A stretch of DNA of 64,000 nucleotides from an uncultured Planctomycetia bacterium (GTDB lineage Bacteria > Omnitrophota > Gorgyraeia > B26-G9), in contig CAYTGV010000009.1 in NCBI GenBank assembly GCA_964437495.1, forward strand, positions 6,983 to 70,982. The letters run 5' to 3'. The translations under genes were made by a program, and so were the position numbers. Numbering within the stretch: the first letter of the stretch is position 1; each line of letters opens with the position of its first letter. Shown piece after piece: positions 10,201 through 18,378 of this stretch. Below the pieces are notes generated by a model. The model did no database searches and was not told the DNA's origin. It saw only the letters and a list, made by a program, of their open reading frames with translations.

Positions 10201-13200
10201 CAGTAAGTCCTGGGGAGAAGCAGTAGTGGTCGATGTCAGTGATTTAAGCGGTTTTGCTGAGGCCCTGGGCAGTGTTAAAGGTGATGAGAACTATGAAGTT
10301 GAGTTTGATTTCAACGAAGATGGCGAAATTAATCAGGCTGATATGGATATTTTAGAGGAAGATTTTACTGGTTCTGAAAATATGGTAAATCAGTTCATTA
10401 ACCTTACTGCAGAAAAATCTGATTTAAAAGATTTCGCTAATACTTTTGAATCAAAGGTACTATATAAGGCAACACAAACCGGATATACTGTATATGACAA
10501 ATACGGAAAAGCATCAGAGGTTTATAATTCTGAGCCTATTATTGTTGATGGAGTTACAGTAGCAGACGGTGTTTTAAATCAGAAATATGTTTACAATGAA
10601 AGAGGCTTCATGACCAGATCCGAGTCATATGGGATCAATATGGATGAATACGGAAATGTGCAAATGCAGGAAGATATCCCTGAGGCCTTACTGACTGGTT
10701 ATACCTTGTTTGATGCCGGTTCAAAGCCTACGGAAACCTATTCAGTTTATAATAGTCAGGAACTTGACGATCAAGGTAATCCTTCTATTGATGTAATGTC
10801 TAAAGTACAGGATTATACATATGAAGACGGTTTTCTGATCCAAACAAACAATTATGCCAGAAACGGCGCAGATGCAGGTTATACAACATTTGATAAATAC
10901 GGACGCCAAGAGGCATCATATAATGAAAATGAAGAGCCCCAGAAAACATCAACATATCAGTATTCTAAACAGGGATTTCTTACACAGACAAACAGCTATG
11001 GTTTAAATGGCGCCTATCTTGGAAAAACATTATTTAACAAAAAAAGCAGACCAATTGAATCCTACAACATGACGGGATCAAAAAATACGGAAAAGGGGCT
11101 GACCCAGAAATTTGTATATAATGATTATGGGTTTTTGACAAACAGCATAAGTTATGGAGAAGACCAGATTTTAACCGGACAGACATTTTATAACGGTTAT
11201 GGAAAAGCAATGTATAGCTCTAATGATGTGGGAATTACCAATTCAGCCTATGTATATGATTCAGCTGGATTTCTTGATCACACTCTGGCTCTGTCTTTTG
11301 AAGTAGGCGCAGGGCCTGATGAGGCAACGCATAATAACTTAAATGATTCAGAAGATACATTAAACACTCAGGTGCCTGAGAGCGGTTATTATGTAATCAC
11401 TGGCTATACAGTCTTCGGTGATACATCCAAGCCTGAGGCTGCTTATCAATGCTGGGGATGGACAGGCGATAATCTGCCGGCATACGGCGATGGTGCTAAA
11501 GTACAGGAATACAACTATACAGATGGTTTTCTTACAAGCACTTCAAATTACGGTAAGGATGAAACATTTATAGGTACAACTGTATTTGATAAATACGGAC
11601 GCCAGGAGGCATCATATAATGAAGTTGATGTTGATGGAGACGGCTTAGGTGAGCTTACGACAAAATTCAAATATTCAAAACAGGGTTTTATGAATACATC
11701 CTACAATTATGGCGCAAAAGGTTCTCTTGTTGGAACTACAACTTTCAATAGCTTGGGTAGACCGGAACAAAGCATTAACCAAAGAAAAGCGGTTACTCAA
11801 ACCTTCCATTACAATGAATTTACTGGAGCATTGGATGAAAGTTATTCCTGGGGTGAACCGACAGAGGTTGACGGTGTATCTACTCCAACCTTAACCGGAA
11901 CAACTGAATATGACACCTGGGGAAAAGCACAGACTCAGTTTAATTCCGAAGGCAGCATTGTTGCTAAATATGACTATGATGTGCATGGATTTATGACCCG
12001 CGCGTTTTCGTTCAGCGGCGGTACTGCTACTGATGTAGGAGTATGTACAGGATTTACAAATTATAACGCAGCCGGAAGACCGGAAGGGGCATATTCGGTA
12101 TTTAATCCGACAACTGCGAGCGGCGACTTAATGGGTAGTTGGTACGATGATTATTTCTATCTCGGGGTTGATGAGAATACCATTGGAGTTACAAAGGTAC
12201 AAGATTTCATCTATAACACAGAGGCTGAAGTTGGCGGAGATATCTTGGGGTATATCGGAACTTCTGATACCGGATTTTTGACAATGACAGTCAGTTATGG
12301 TGATAATTACAATGCGGATAACCCATCTGAATCTTTTATGGGATATACGACATTCAATAGATACGGACAACAGGATTATTCCTATAATGAACTAAATGAA
12401 CAGACAACCAAATTTAATTATTCAAGCTCAGGGTTTTTAAGTGAAACCTATAACTATGGTATAGACAAAACATTGACAGGAAAAACTGTTTTCAATGCTA
12501 CGGGAAGACCGGAAGCCTCATATAATGAGAAAGGCGCTTTACTGCAGACTTTCGAATATGTTGGCGGATTTCTTACAGCCAGTACAAGCTATGGTGATCC
12601 TGGAGATTTAGAAGTAGGCGGAATAACAGGAACTACTTCTTATGATATATACGGCAAACAAGACCAATCGCTCAATGCGGAGGGCACCCTTGTAGGTACA
12701 TTTGAATACTCAGTAAACGGTTTTATGACCAAATCCAATACCTGGGGTTATGGATTGGATAATACTACCGGAGAAACTGGCTCTACGATTACTGGCTTTA
12801 CAAATTACGATAACAAGGTCAGACCTGAAAACAGTTATGCTGTATATGAAAGTTGGCTTGGCTACAATGAATCGCTTTCTCAGGTGTTTTCATATGACAA
12901 CGATGGAGAACAAACAGGGTTTGTAACCGGCGCTCAGACATATGTTGTCAATAATGACCATAATTTTGGAACCGATAATATTGCCAATGATATTGATACT
13001 GGAGAGGTATTGCTATCAGGAACTGTCGAATATAACCACTATGGCAGACCAGAACAGACATACAATAAAGAAGGCGCAATAGTCTCAAAGAATATTTATA
13101 GTTCCAATGGTTTTATTACCAAGACTGATAACTATGGTGAGGATGGAAAAAAAGTCGGGTCTCTGTATTTTAGCGATGTTGGCAGGCCTCTTTATGCAAC

Positions 13201-14104
13201 CAATCATTCTGGTGGTGTTACAACAGAATATGTTTACAATAACGCTGGATTCTTGAATCAGACAATCGGATATATCGGCGGATCGATCAATGAAGAAACC
13301 GGAGATATCGAAGGAGTTATGAGCTCATATACAACATTTGATGTCTATTCTAAAGCTCAGGAAACCTTTCAATTGTGGACAATGAGTGAATCATCTGTTA
13401 ACTCGGAATACTATCAATTTGATGAAAATGGTACGGCTAACTATACTATAAACGGTGATGGATCTATCAGCGATGGCGGATTGACCTCAGTGAATCAGAA
13501 TGCTGATATCAGTCACTACAACGCTTTTGGATCGCTATTACAGACTGATAATAAAGGCCGACAGGGAAGCACTGTCAGTTCAACTATGTATGACTCTTTT
13601 TCTAAGCCGACATCTATCTGGAATGATAAAGGTTCGCTTGTTCAGGTTTACCATTATTCCGCACAGGGATTCCTGGATTACTCTATCAGCTATGCTACGA
13701 TGAAGAGCTATAATGATAGAGGAAACCCGGTTGATGATGGTGACTGGGATACAACAACAGAAACCTCAATAACGTTCTTTAACACGTATGGTCAGCAGAC
13801 AAATGGCTATGTTCTTAGCAATGACAGCAGCAGCGGCCAAGAAGGTTGGGACCTGGTTAACTATGTCCAGAATATTGACAATCAAACAGGCCTGGAATTG
13901 GGCGCAAAGCAGAGCGAGTATAAATATGATAATAACGGCTTCTTGTCCCAGACCAAGAACTATCAGGACAAACAGTATATTGGTTATACAACATTCGATC
14001 TAAGCGGAAGACAAGATGAATCATTTAACCAATCAGGTACATTGACCACCACTTACTTATATGATTTAAACGGCTTCTTGAACAAAAGCGCTTCGCATGG
14101 TTAA
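7220..14104 (+). CDS. Giant secreted acidic RHS/YD-like repeat protein (2294 aa)
   Basis: SD GAGGAGG; Sec signal peptide ending GNAFA-LD; about 30 repeats of GxTxFDxYGRxExSYNxxGxxxQxYxYxxxGFLxxTxSYG; dockerin/EF-hand-like insert; own promoter and terminator. Confidence 0.9.
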   Translation: MFNSIRSYTYIVLVSFLVNALTLGNAFALDLEAWQDMLMSDEVIQGVFGGVISSQSESGEMDTAVAPAPRVIEQSNGDIAIRFSDSAQASVSTTTEGLTKVTYSMSGARVKVKDLETNEEFEFQYELEGSVVKLVNSSGAVVRQETYNNFGQLLTTKAQGTNTNVYSSDGLNTLVKSIDQWGNETIYDDESRPDFAQYIEVDGTVVVFRNYTFDNIGILESIVDENGNSITFLADGIRVDEIRNFAGTLTSSYQYDDVSGNLISVTDHVSDSITIVDGGQYTQTYDIVPVLDDNNNPVLDAGNEPVTELVLKGTYNYDVAGNVSAITNIGEEGCVTGWTDYDEFGRISGTYNHEGALVQSYMYNDHGFLQQTMSLGDAQTVVSVTKFDLKGRPMEVWQIGNGGNKVKIQEYVYKENGLLDTTFSLGILRGTDETNETTFNKPIDTNGNLVTDGRFTYFTTSTTEYDKKGRPSTVYSIVRNDNGDYISGYDDNGDVITTADSTQALLEKQQSYSYDKRGFLSKTTSYGFNNRATSTTQFDRYGRPEKSFNAQGEQTQEYVYNLDGFLVQTKNFGENGVQTGYTNYDAKGKPTDVYNHLDTLTQKYVYDENGLMVMSLNLNGTDGVNSEIISTMSDVELIAAMWDDSFSAEVLAGIGAYNEIEGDGIPALNEALMTAIWDENNEHTTDFKKKCAMMLIKTFSDGAKGGNQYLINDVGSAYHMLGQFLEEEGNNEGAVAAYKIQASEFTGAMAIADGVSVSVTAWSTDRLVNMTDANGDPVAVNTAVVTGYTIFGGDSKPISSYQCYDDGVNGLQVTKVQDYDYSYEATKKIIVGYDTDNKPIYEKITFTQFSNFVRKTINYGDYEDTNANGTVGDAGDVQVTTGFTVFDNYGRQLETYNEDGNVVQKYSYSKSGFLNFTYSYGKDKALTGTTVFDNYSRPIASFNAYGKATRIPADLIAALADGLSIADIENPEWQPFLKGLTQTFEYGTDGLLATSKSWGEAVVVDVSDLSGFAEALGSVKGDENYEVEFDFNEDGEINQADMDILEEDFTGSENMVNQFINLTAEKSDLKDFANTFESKVLYKATQTGYTVYDKYGKASEVYNSEPIIVDGVTVADGVLNQKYVYNERGFMTRSESYGINMDEYGNVQMQEDIPEALLTGYTLFDAGSKPTETYSVYNSQELDDQGNPSIDVMSKVQDYTYEDGFLIQTNNYARNGADAGYTTFDKYGRQEASYNENEEPQKTSTYQYSKQGFLTQTNSYGLNGAYLGKTLFNKKSRPIESYNMTGSKNTEKGLTQKFVYNDYGFLTNSISYGEDQILTGQTFYNGYGKAMYSSNDVGITNSAYVYDSAGFLDHTLALSFEVGAGPDEATHNNLNDSEDTLNTQVPESGYYVITGYTVFGDTSKPEAAYQCWGWTGDNLPAYGDGAKVQEYNYTDGFLTSTSNYGKDETFIGTTVFDKYGRQEASYNEVDVDGDGLGELTTKFKYSKQGFMNTSYNYGAKGSLVGTTTFNSLGRPEQSINQRKAVTQTFHYNEFTGALDESYSWGEPTEVDGVSTPTLTGTTEYDTWGKAQTQFNSEGSIVAKYDYDVHGFMTRAFSFSGGTATDVGVCTGFTNYNAAGRPEGAYSVFNPTTASGDLMGSWYDDYFYLGVDENTIGVTKVQDFIYNTEAEVGGDILGYIGTSDTGFLTMTVSYGDNYNADNPSESFMGYTTFNRYGQQDYSYNELNEQTTKFNYSSSGFLSETYNYGIDKTLTGKTVFNATGRPEASYNEKGALLQTFEYVGGFLTASTSYGDPGDLEVGGITGTTSYDIYGKQDQSLNAEGTLVGTFEYSVNGFMTKSNTWGYGLDNTTGETGSTITGFTNYDNKVRPENSYAVYESWLGYNESLSQVFSYDNDGEQTGFVTGAQTYVVNNDHNFGTDNIANDIDTGEVLLSGTVEYNHYGRPEQTYNKEGAIVSKNIYSSNGFITKTDNYGEDGKKVGSLYFSDVGRPLYATNHSGGVTTEYVYNNAGFLNQTIGYIGGSINEETGDIEGVMSSYTTFDVYSKAQETFQLWTMSESSVNSEYYQFDENGTANYTINGDGSISDGGLTSVNQNADISHYNAFGSLLQTDNKGRQGSTVSSTMYDSFSKPTSIWNDKGSLVQVYHYSAQGFLDYSISYATMKSYNDRGNPVDDGDWDTTTETSITFFNTYGQQTNGYVLSNDSSSGQEGWDLVNYVQNIDNQTGLELGAKQSEYKYDNNGFLSQTKNYQDKQYIGYTTFDLSGRQDESFNQSGTLTTTYLYDLNGFLNKSASHG

Positions 14105-14138
14105 TTAAAAGCAGATTGAATGTCCAATATCAATTCTC

Positions 14139-14176
14139 ACAACCCCCTGCCCTTAGGGCAGGGGGTTGTATTTTAT
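14139..14176 (+). terminator. Rho-independent terminator of giant gene
   Basis: Perfect 14-bp GC-rich stem ACAACCCCCTGCCC-TTA-GGGCAGGGGGTTGT followed by ATTTTAT. Confidence 0.88.
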
Positions 14177-14303
14177 ATATCTTTTGGTTAAGTAAGCTAA
14201 AGGAAGATTGTCTGATGGGAATTCTTAATTGGTTAAAATAATTCATAAATCATTAAGCCATAGAGCCCTATTTAACCTAATTAAGGATGTCCCTCTTTTT
14301 TAC

Positions 14304-14332
14304 TTGAATAAAACCCATTCTTGTTGTAAAAT
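14304..14332 (+). promoter_or_regulatory. Sigma70-type promoter of kdsA operon
   Basis: TTGAAT-17-TAAAAT. Confidence 0.5.
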
Positions 14333-14423
14333 AATGAGTCTGATAGAAAATTTTATATGTTGAATTATTTTTATTGCCTTCCTTGATTTAAGGAAAACTA
14401 ACATGCTAATTTTACAGGTAGTT

Positions 14424-15245
14424 ATGAATTTTAATTTTAGGGATATTTTTTTAGAAAAAAAAAGCCGCAGTAAATTGTTTTTGATCTGTGGGCCTTGTGT
14501 GATTGAATCCGAAAAAATTGCTTTAGAACACGCGGCAATTTTAAAGGATATTTGCACTAAGCTTAATATTCTTTTTATTTTTAAATCCAGCTTTGACAAG
14601 GCTAATCGAACCTCAATTAATTCCTTCCGGGGGCCCGGGATAAAAAAGGGGTTGAGTATTCTCAAGAAAATCAGAACTCAAATCCGTGTGCCTGTTACCA
14701 GCGATGTCCATCAGGTAAGCGAAGTAGCGGCGGCTAAATCTGTTCTGGATATTATACAAATTCCGGCATTACTCTCAAGGCAAACCGATTTATTAGTAGC
14801 TGCGGCTAAAAGCAAAAAAATTGTAAATGTAAAAAAGGGGCAGTTCATGGCTCCGGATGATATGAAAAATGTAATAAAAAAGATTGAATCATCGGGAAAT
14901 AAAAAAATCATTATTACTGAGCGGGGCACAAGCTTCGGCTATCATAATCTGGTTAGCGACATGCGTTCAATAGCGATTATGAACAATTTCGGGTATCCGG
15001 TTGTATTTGACGCAACTCATAGTGTACAGCTGCCAAGTGCAGGTAATGGTATTTCCAGCGGTCAGAGAGAATTTGCGCCGGTTTTGAGCCTGAGTGCTGT
15101 TGCCGCAGGCGCACAGGGATTATTTCTTGAAGTACACAAATCACCTGAAAAAGCCCTATGTGACGGTCCAAATATGCTAACTCCACATGAACTTGAGAGG
15201 CTGCTGGTAAAAGCAATTAAAATACGGGAGATTGTCAATGATTGA
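14424..15245 (+). CDS. kdsA: KDO8P synthase
   Basis: GPCVIES, KSSFDKANRTS, VNVKKGQF, ERG, DATHSVQ; start uncertain (14403 or 14424). Confidence 0.96.
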   Translation: MNFNFRDIFLEKKSRSKLFLICGPCVIESEKIALEHAAILKDICTKLNILFIFKSSFDKANRTSINSFRGPGIKKGLSILKKIRTQIRVPVTSDVHQVSEVAAAKSVLDIIQIPALLSRQTDLLVAAAKSKKIVNVKKGQFMAPDDMKNVIKKIESSGNKKIIITERGTSFGYHNLVSDMRSIAIMNNFGYPVVFDATHSVQLPSAGNGISSGQREFAPVLSLSAVAAGAQGLFLEVHKSPEKALCDGPNMLTPHELERLLVKAIKIREIVND

Positions 15246-16206
15246 GAAAAATTCTTTAAAAATTGCTAAAAATGTCCTGCGCACGGAAGCAAAAGCAATA
15301 ATAGATCTACTGCCTAGTATAAATAAGGATTTTGAAAAAGCAGTTGAGGCAATTGCCAAATGTAGGGGCATGGTAGTTATTACCGGAATGGGGAAACCCG
15401 GACTTATTGGGGGCAAGATCTCTGCTACCCTGGCAAGCCTCGGGGTGCCAAGCCATTTTTTGCATCCTGCCGAGGCAGTCCATGGAGACCTTGGACGTGT
15501 TACCAGTGATGATCTAGTTATCGCAATTTCAAATAGCGGCAAAACAGAAGAAATAACAAGGCTACTGCCTTTAATAAAAAAAATAGGGGCAAAATTAATC
15601 GCCTTGACTGGCAATCTGAAATCTCCTTTGGCAAAATACAGCGATATTGTACTTAATGTCGGCGTAAAAAAAGAGGCATGTCCTTTTAATCTAGCGCCAA
15701 CGGCAAGCACTACAGCAACTTTAGCTATGGGAGATGCTCTTGCCGTAGCTGCCTTAATAAAAAGAGGGTTTAAGGTTGAAGATTATGCCTTTTATCATCC
15801 CGGAGGAAGCCTGGGTAAAAAGCTGCTTAAAGTTAAAGATCTTATGCGCAAAGGCAAACAGAGCCCGATTGTAAATAAAAAGACTACATTGAAAACAGTT
15901 TTGATCCAAATAACTAAGTCCCGCGCCGGCTCTGCAACTGTTGTTAATGATAAAAAACAGCTCTGCGGCATTTTTACAGACGGAGACCTGCGGCGTCATA
16001 TTGAAAACGATGAGCATATATTAAGCCGTCATGTCAATGATGTTATGACGAAAAACCCTGTCTCAATTAATAGGGAACATCTAGCTATTGAAGCTCTTAA
16101 AATTTTAAAAGACAAAAGGATCGATGAGATACCTGTAGTAGATGATAAAATGCGTCCGGTGGGTCTTTTAGATGTGCAGGATTTACTGAAAGCAGGAATT
16201 GTATGA
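15238..16206 (+). CDS. kdsD: Arabinose-5-phosphate isomerase (KpsF/GutQ; SIS+CBS)
   Basis: GMGKPGLIG, HPAEAVHGDLG, APTAST, HPGGSLG, CBS pair with FTDGDLRR. Confidence 0.94.
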   Translation: MIEKNSLKIAKNVLRTEAKAIIDLLPSINKDFEKAVEAIAKCRGMVVITGMGKPGLIGGKISATLASLGVPSHFLHPAEAVHGDLGRVTSDDLVIAISNSGKTEEITRLLPLIKKIGAKLIALTGNLKSPLAKYSDIVLNVGVKKEACPFNLAPTASTTATLAMGDALAVAALIKRGFKVEDYAFYHPGGSLGKKLLKVKDLMRKGKQSPIVNKKTTLKTVLIQITKSRAGSATVVNDKKQLCGIFTDGDLRRHIENDEHILSRHVNDVMTKNPVSINREHLAIEALKILKDKRIDEIPVVDDKMRPVGLLDVQDLLKAGIV

Positions 16207-16730
16207 ATGCATCTATCAAGGATAAGGCAAAAAAAATAAAGGTTGTTATTAGTGATGTTGACGGAGTGCTTACCAACGGCTTAATTGCTTACGGCAATTA
16301 TAAGGACGAATACAGAGAATTTAATGTGCATGATGGATTTGGATTTATACTGCTAAAAAAAACAGGGATAAAAACCGCTATTATAACAAGTAAATCCTCT
16401 AATGCACTAAGCCGGCGGGCAAAAGAGCTCTCGGTTAATATGCTTTGTCAAAACGCTAAGAAAAAATTACCTTTTTTTAAGAAAGTTCTGAAAAAATTAA
16501 AATTAAAACCTGAAGATGCCTGTTATATAGGAGATGATTTGCTTGACTTGGCAACGCTTAAGGCTGCCGGTTTTGCAGTAAGTCTACCGAATGCAAGTAA
16601 GGATGTTAAAAAATGCGCGGATTATATAACGGAAAAAAACGCAGGATGCGGAGCGTTCAGAGAGCTTGTTGAAATTATCTTAAAATCCCAGAATAAATGG
16701 ACAGGGATTGTTGAATATTATAGCAGTTAA
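16203..16730 (+). CDS. kdsC: KDO8P phosphatase (HAD)
   Basis: DVDGVLT, FNVHDG, YIGDDLLD, GAFRE. Confidence 0.93.
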   Translation: MNASIKDKAKKIKVVISDVDGVLTNGLIAYGNYKDEYREFNVHDGFGFILLKKTGIKTAIITSKSSNALSRRAKELSVNMLCQNAKKKLPFFKKVLKKLKLKPEDACYIGDDLLDLATLKAAGFAVSLPNASKDVKKCADYITEKNAGCGAFRELVEIILKSQNKWTGIVEYYSS

Positions 16731-16756
16731 TCAAGATTTTAGGAATAGGATATATA

Positions 16757-17485
16757 ATGGAAAATCACTTGCTTCGTACTGAACAAATCGCAAAAGCATA
16801 TAAAAAGAAGCAGATTGTTAGAGAAGTAGATATCTCCATTGGCAGGGCTGAGGTTGTGGGGCTTTTAGGCCCAAATGGGGCCGGCAAAACAACTACGTTT
16901 TATATGATCGTAGGCTTAATCACTCCGGATAAGGGTAAAATATTTTTTGATAATCGCGAAATTACACATATGGCCATGTATAAGCGCGCGCGTTACGGGA
17001 TCGGCTACCTTTCTCAAGAGCCTTCAATCTTCAGAAAACTTTCTGTGGAAGAAAATATTATGTCTGTATTGGAAACCCTGCCTATTCGAAAAGCAGAACG
17101 AAAAAAACGCCTTGAACAGCTTTTAGAAGAATTACACATGAGCCAATTAGCAAAAAGCAAGGCCTATACATTATCCGGCGGTGAAAGAAGACGCCTAGAG
17201 ATCACCAGATGCCTGGTTACAAACCCTTCTTTTATTTTGCTTGATGAGCCTTTCAGCGGAGTGGATCCGATCGCTGTATTTGAAGTGCAACAAATCATTG
17301 CCGATCTAAAGAAAAAAGGATTAGGCATTTTACTTACAGACCATAATGTCAGGGAAACCCTAAGTATCACAGACCGGAGCTATATTATGCATGAAGGAAA
17401 AATACTTCTTTCCGGGACTGCACAGGAATTGATAGACAATCCTGAAGCTAAGAAAATTTATTTGGGTGAAAAATTTGCTATGTAG
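16757..17485 (+). CDS. lptB: LPS export ABC transporter ATPase
   Basis: GPNGAGKTT, LSGGERRR, LLDEPFSGVDP, TDHNVRETL, YLGEKF. Confidence 0.96.
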   Translation: MENHLLRTEQIAKAYKKKQIVREVDISIGRAEVVGLLGPNGAGKTTTFYMIVGLITPDKGKIFFDNREITHMAMYKRARYGIGYLSQEPSIFRKLSVEENIMSVLETLPIRKAERKKRLEQLLEELHMSQLAKSKAYTLSGGERRRLEITRCLVTNPSFILLDEPFSGVDPIAVFEVQQIIADLKKKGLGILLTDHNVRETLSITDRSYIMHEGKILLSGTAQELIDNPEAKKIYLGEKFAM

Positions 17486-17493
17486 CACTCTTC

Positions 17494-17522
17494 TTGACGA
17501 ATAAATAGAAAGATGCTATGAT
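17494..17522 (+). promoter_or_regulatory. Sigma70-type promoter upstream of hpf
   Basis: TTGACG-17-TATGAT with extended TG. Confidence 0.6.
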
Positions 17523-17556
17523 TGCAACAATGTTTAGTAAAAAAGGAGGGAATGCA

Positions 17557-17913
17557 GTGGAACTTAGAATCAGTGGAAGACATTTTGAAATAACAGATAA
17601 TTTAAAAGAGCATGTGCGGAAAAAGACAGAAGGCTTCGAAAAATACCTGCATAATATTATTGATGTGCATGCTATTTTAAGTGTGGAAAAATACAGAAAA
17701 ACCGCTGAAATATCTGTGTTAGGAAAAAAGCTCAAGATCACGGAAAAAAGTATGGATACAGATATGTTTGCTTCAATTGATAAGGTTTGTACACGTATTG
17801 AAAAAACTCTGCGCAGGCATAAAGAAAAAACCAAGACGCATCGAATAAAAAATAATATCAAATCTTCCGACTTTGTCTCTGATGAGACAAACGAAGAAAG
17901 GGGTGAATCATGA
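17557..17913 (+). CDS. hpf: Ribosome hibernation factor HPF/RaiA
   Basis: LRISGRHFEITDNLKEHV...DMFASID...LRRHKEK; GTG start after AAGGAGG. Confidence 0.9.
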   Translation: MELRISGRHFEITDNLKEHVRKKTEGFEKYLHNIIDVHAILSVEKYRKTAEISVLGKKLKITEKSMDTDMFASIDKVCTRIEKTLRRHKEKTKTHRIKNNIKSSDFVSDETNEERGES

Positions 17914-18371
17914 AAATAATGGATTTTTTAAACGAAAATGCAGTTTGTGCTAATGTTAAAGCAACAACAAAGGACGAAGTAATTGAAGAATTACTTGAGC
18001 TGCTTTTAAAAGCGCATGTTATAAAAGACAAGAAAAAATTAATCAAGATACTTCTTGACCGCGAAGCATTAGGATCAACAGGGATCGGTCAGGGTGTAGC
18101 TATTCCTCATGGTAAATCCTCAAGCGTTAAACAGCTAGTCGCTGCCTTTGGGATTTCGGAAAAAGGAGTCGACTTTGATTCTCTTGACGGTGAAAAGGTT
18201 TATATTTTCTTTTTACTGGTTGCTCCAGAGGATTCAGCCGGACCTCATCTTAAGGCCTTGGCAAGGATTTCGCGTCTTTTGAAAGATAGGTACTTTAGAG
18301 ATACTTTAAAACTAGCAAAAGATGAAAAGACTTTGCTTAAGATACTTAAAGAGGAAGACTCTAAAAAGTAG
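17910..18371 (+). CDS. ptsN: PTS EIIA (Ntr/fructose-type)
   Basis: REALGSTGIGQGVAIPHGK phospho-His motif, HLKALARISR. Confidence 0.88.
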   Translation: MKIMDFLNENAVCANVKATTKDEVIEELLELLLKAHVIKDKKKLIKILLDREALGSTGIGQGVAIPHGKSSSVKQLVAAFGISEKGVDFDSLDGEKVYIFFLLVAPEDSAGPHLKALARISRLLKDRYFRDTLKLAKDEKTLLKILKEEDSKK

Positions 18372-18378
18372 GCCTAAA

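Noticed and set aside
7220-14400. Classical Rhs polymorphic toxin-immunity pair
   Set aside because: No RHS core/DPxG, no C-terminal toxin domain, a terminator follows directly, no immunity ORF, no PAAR/VgrG
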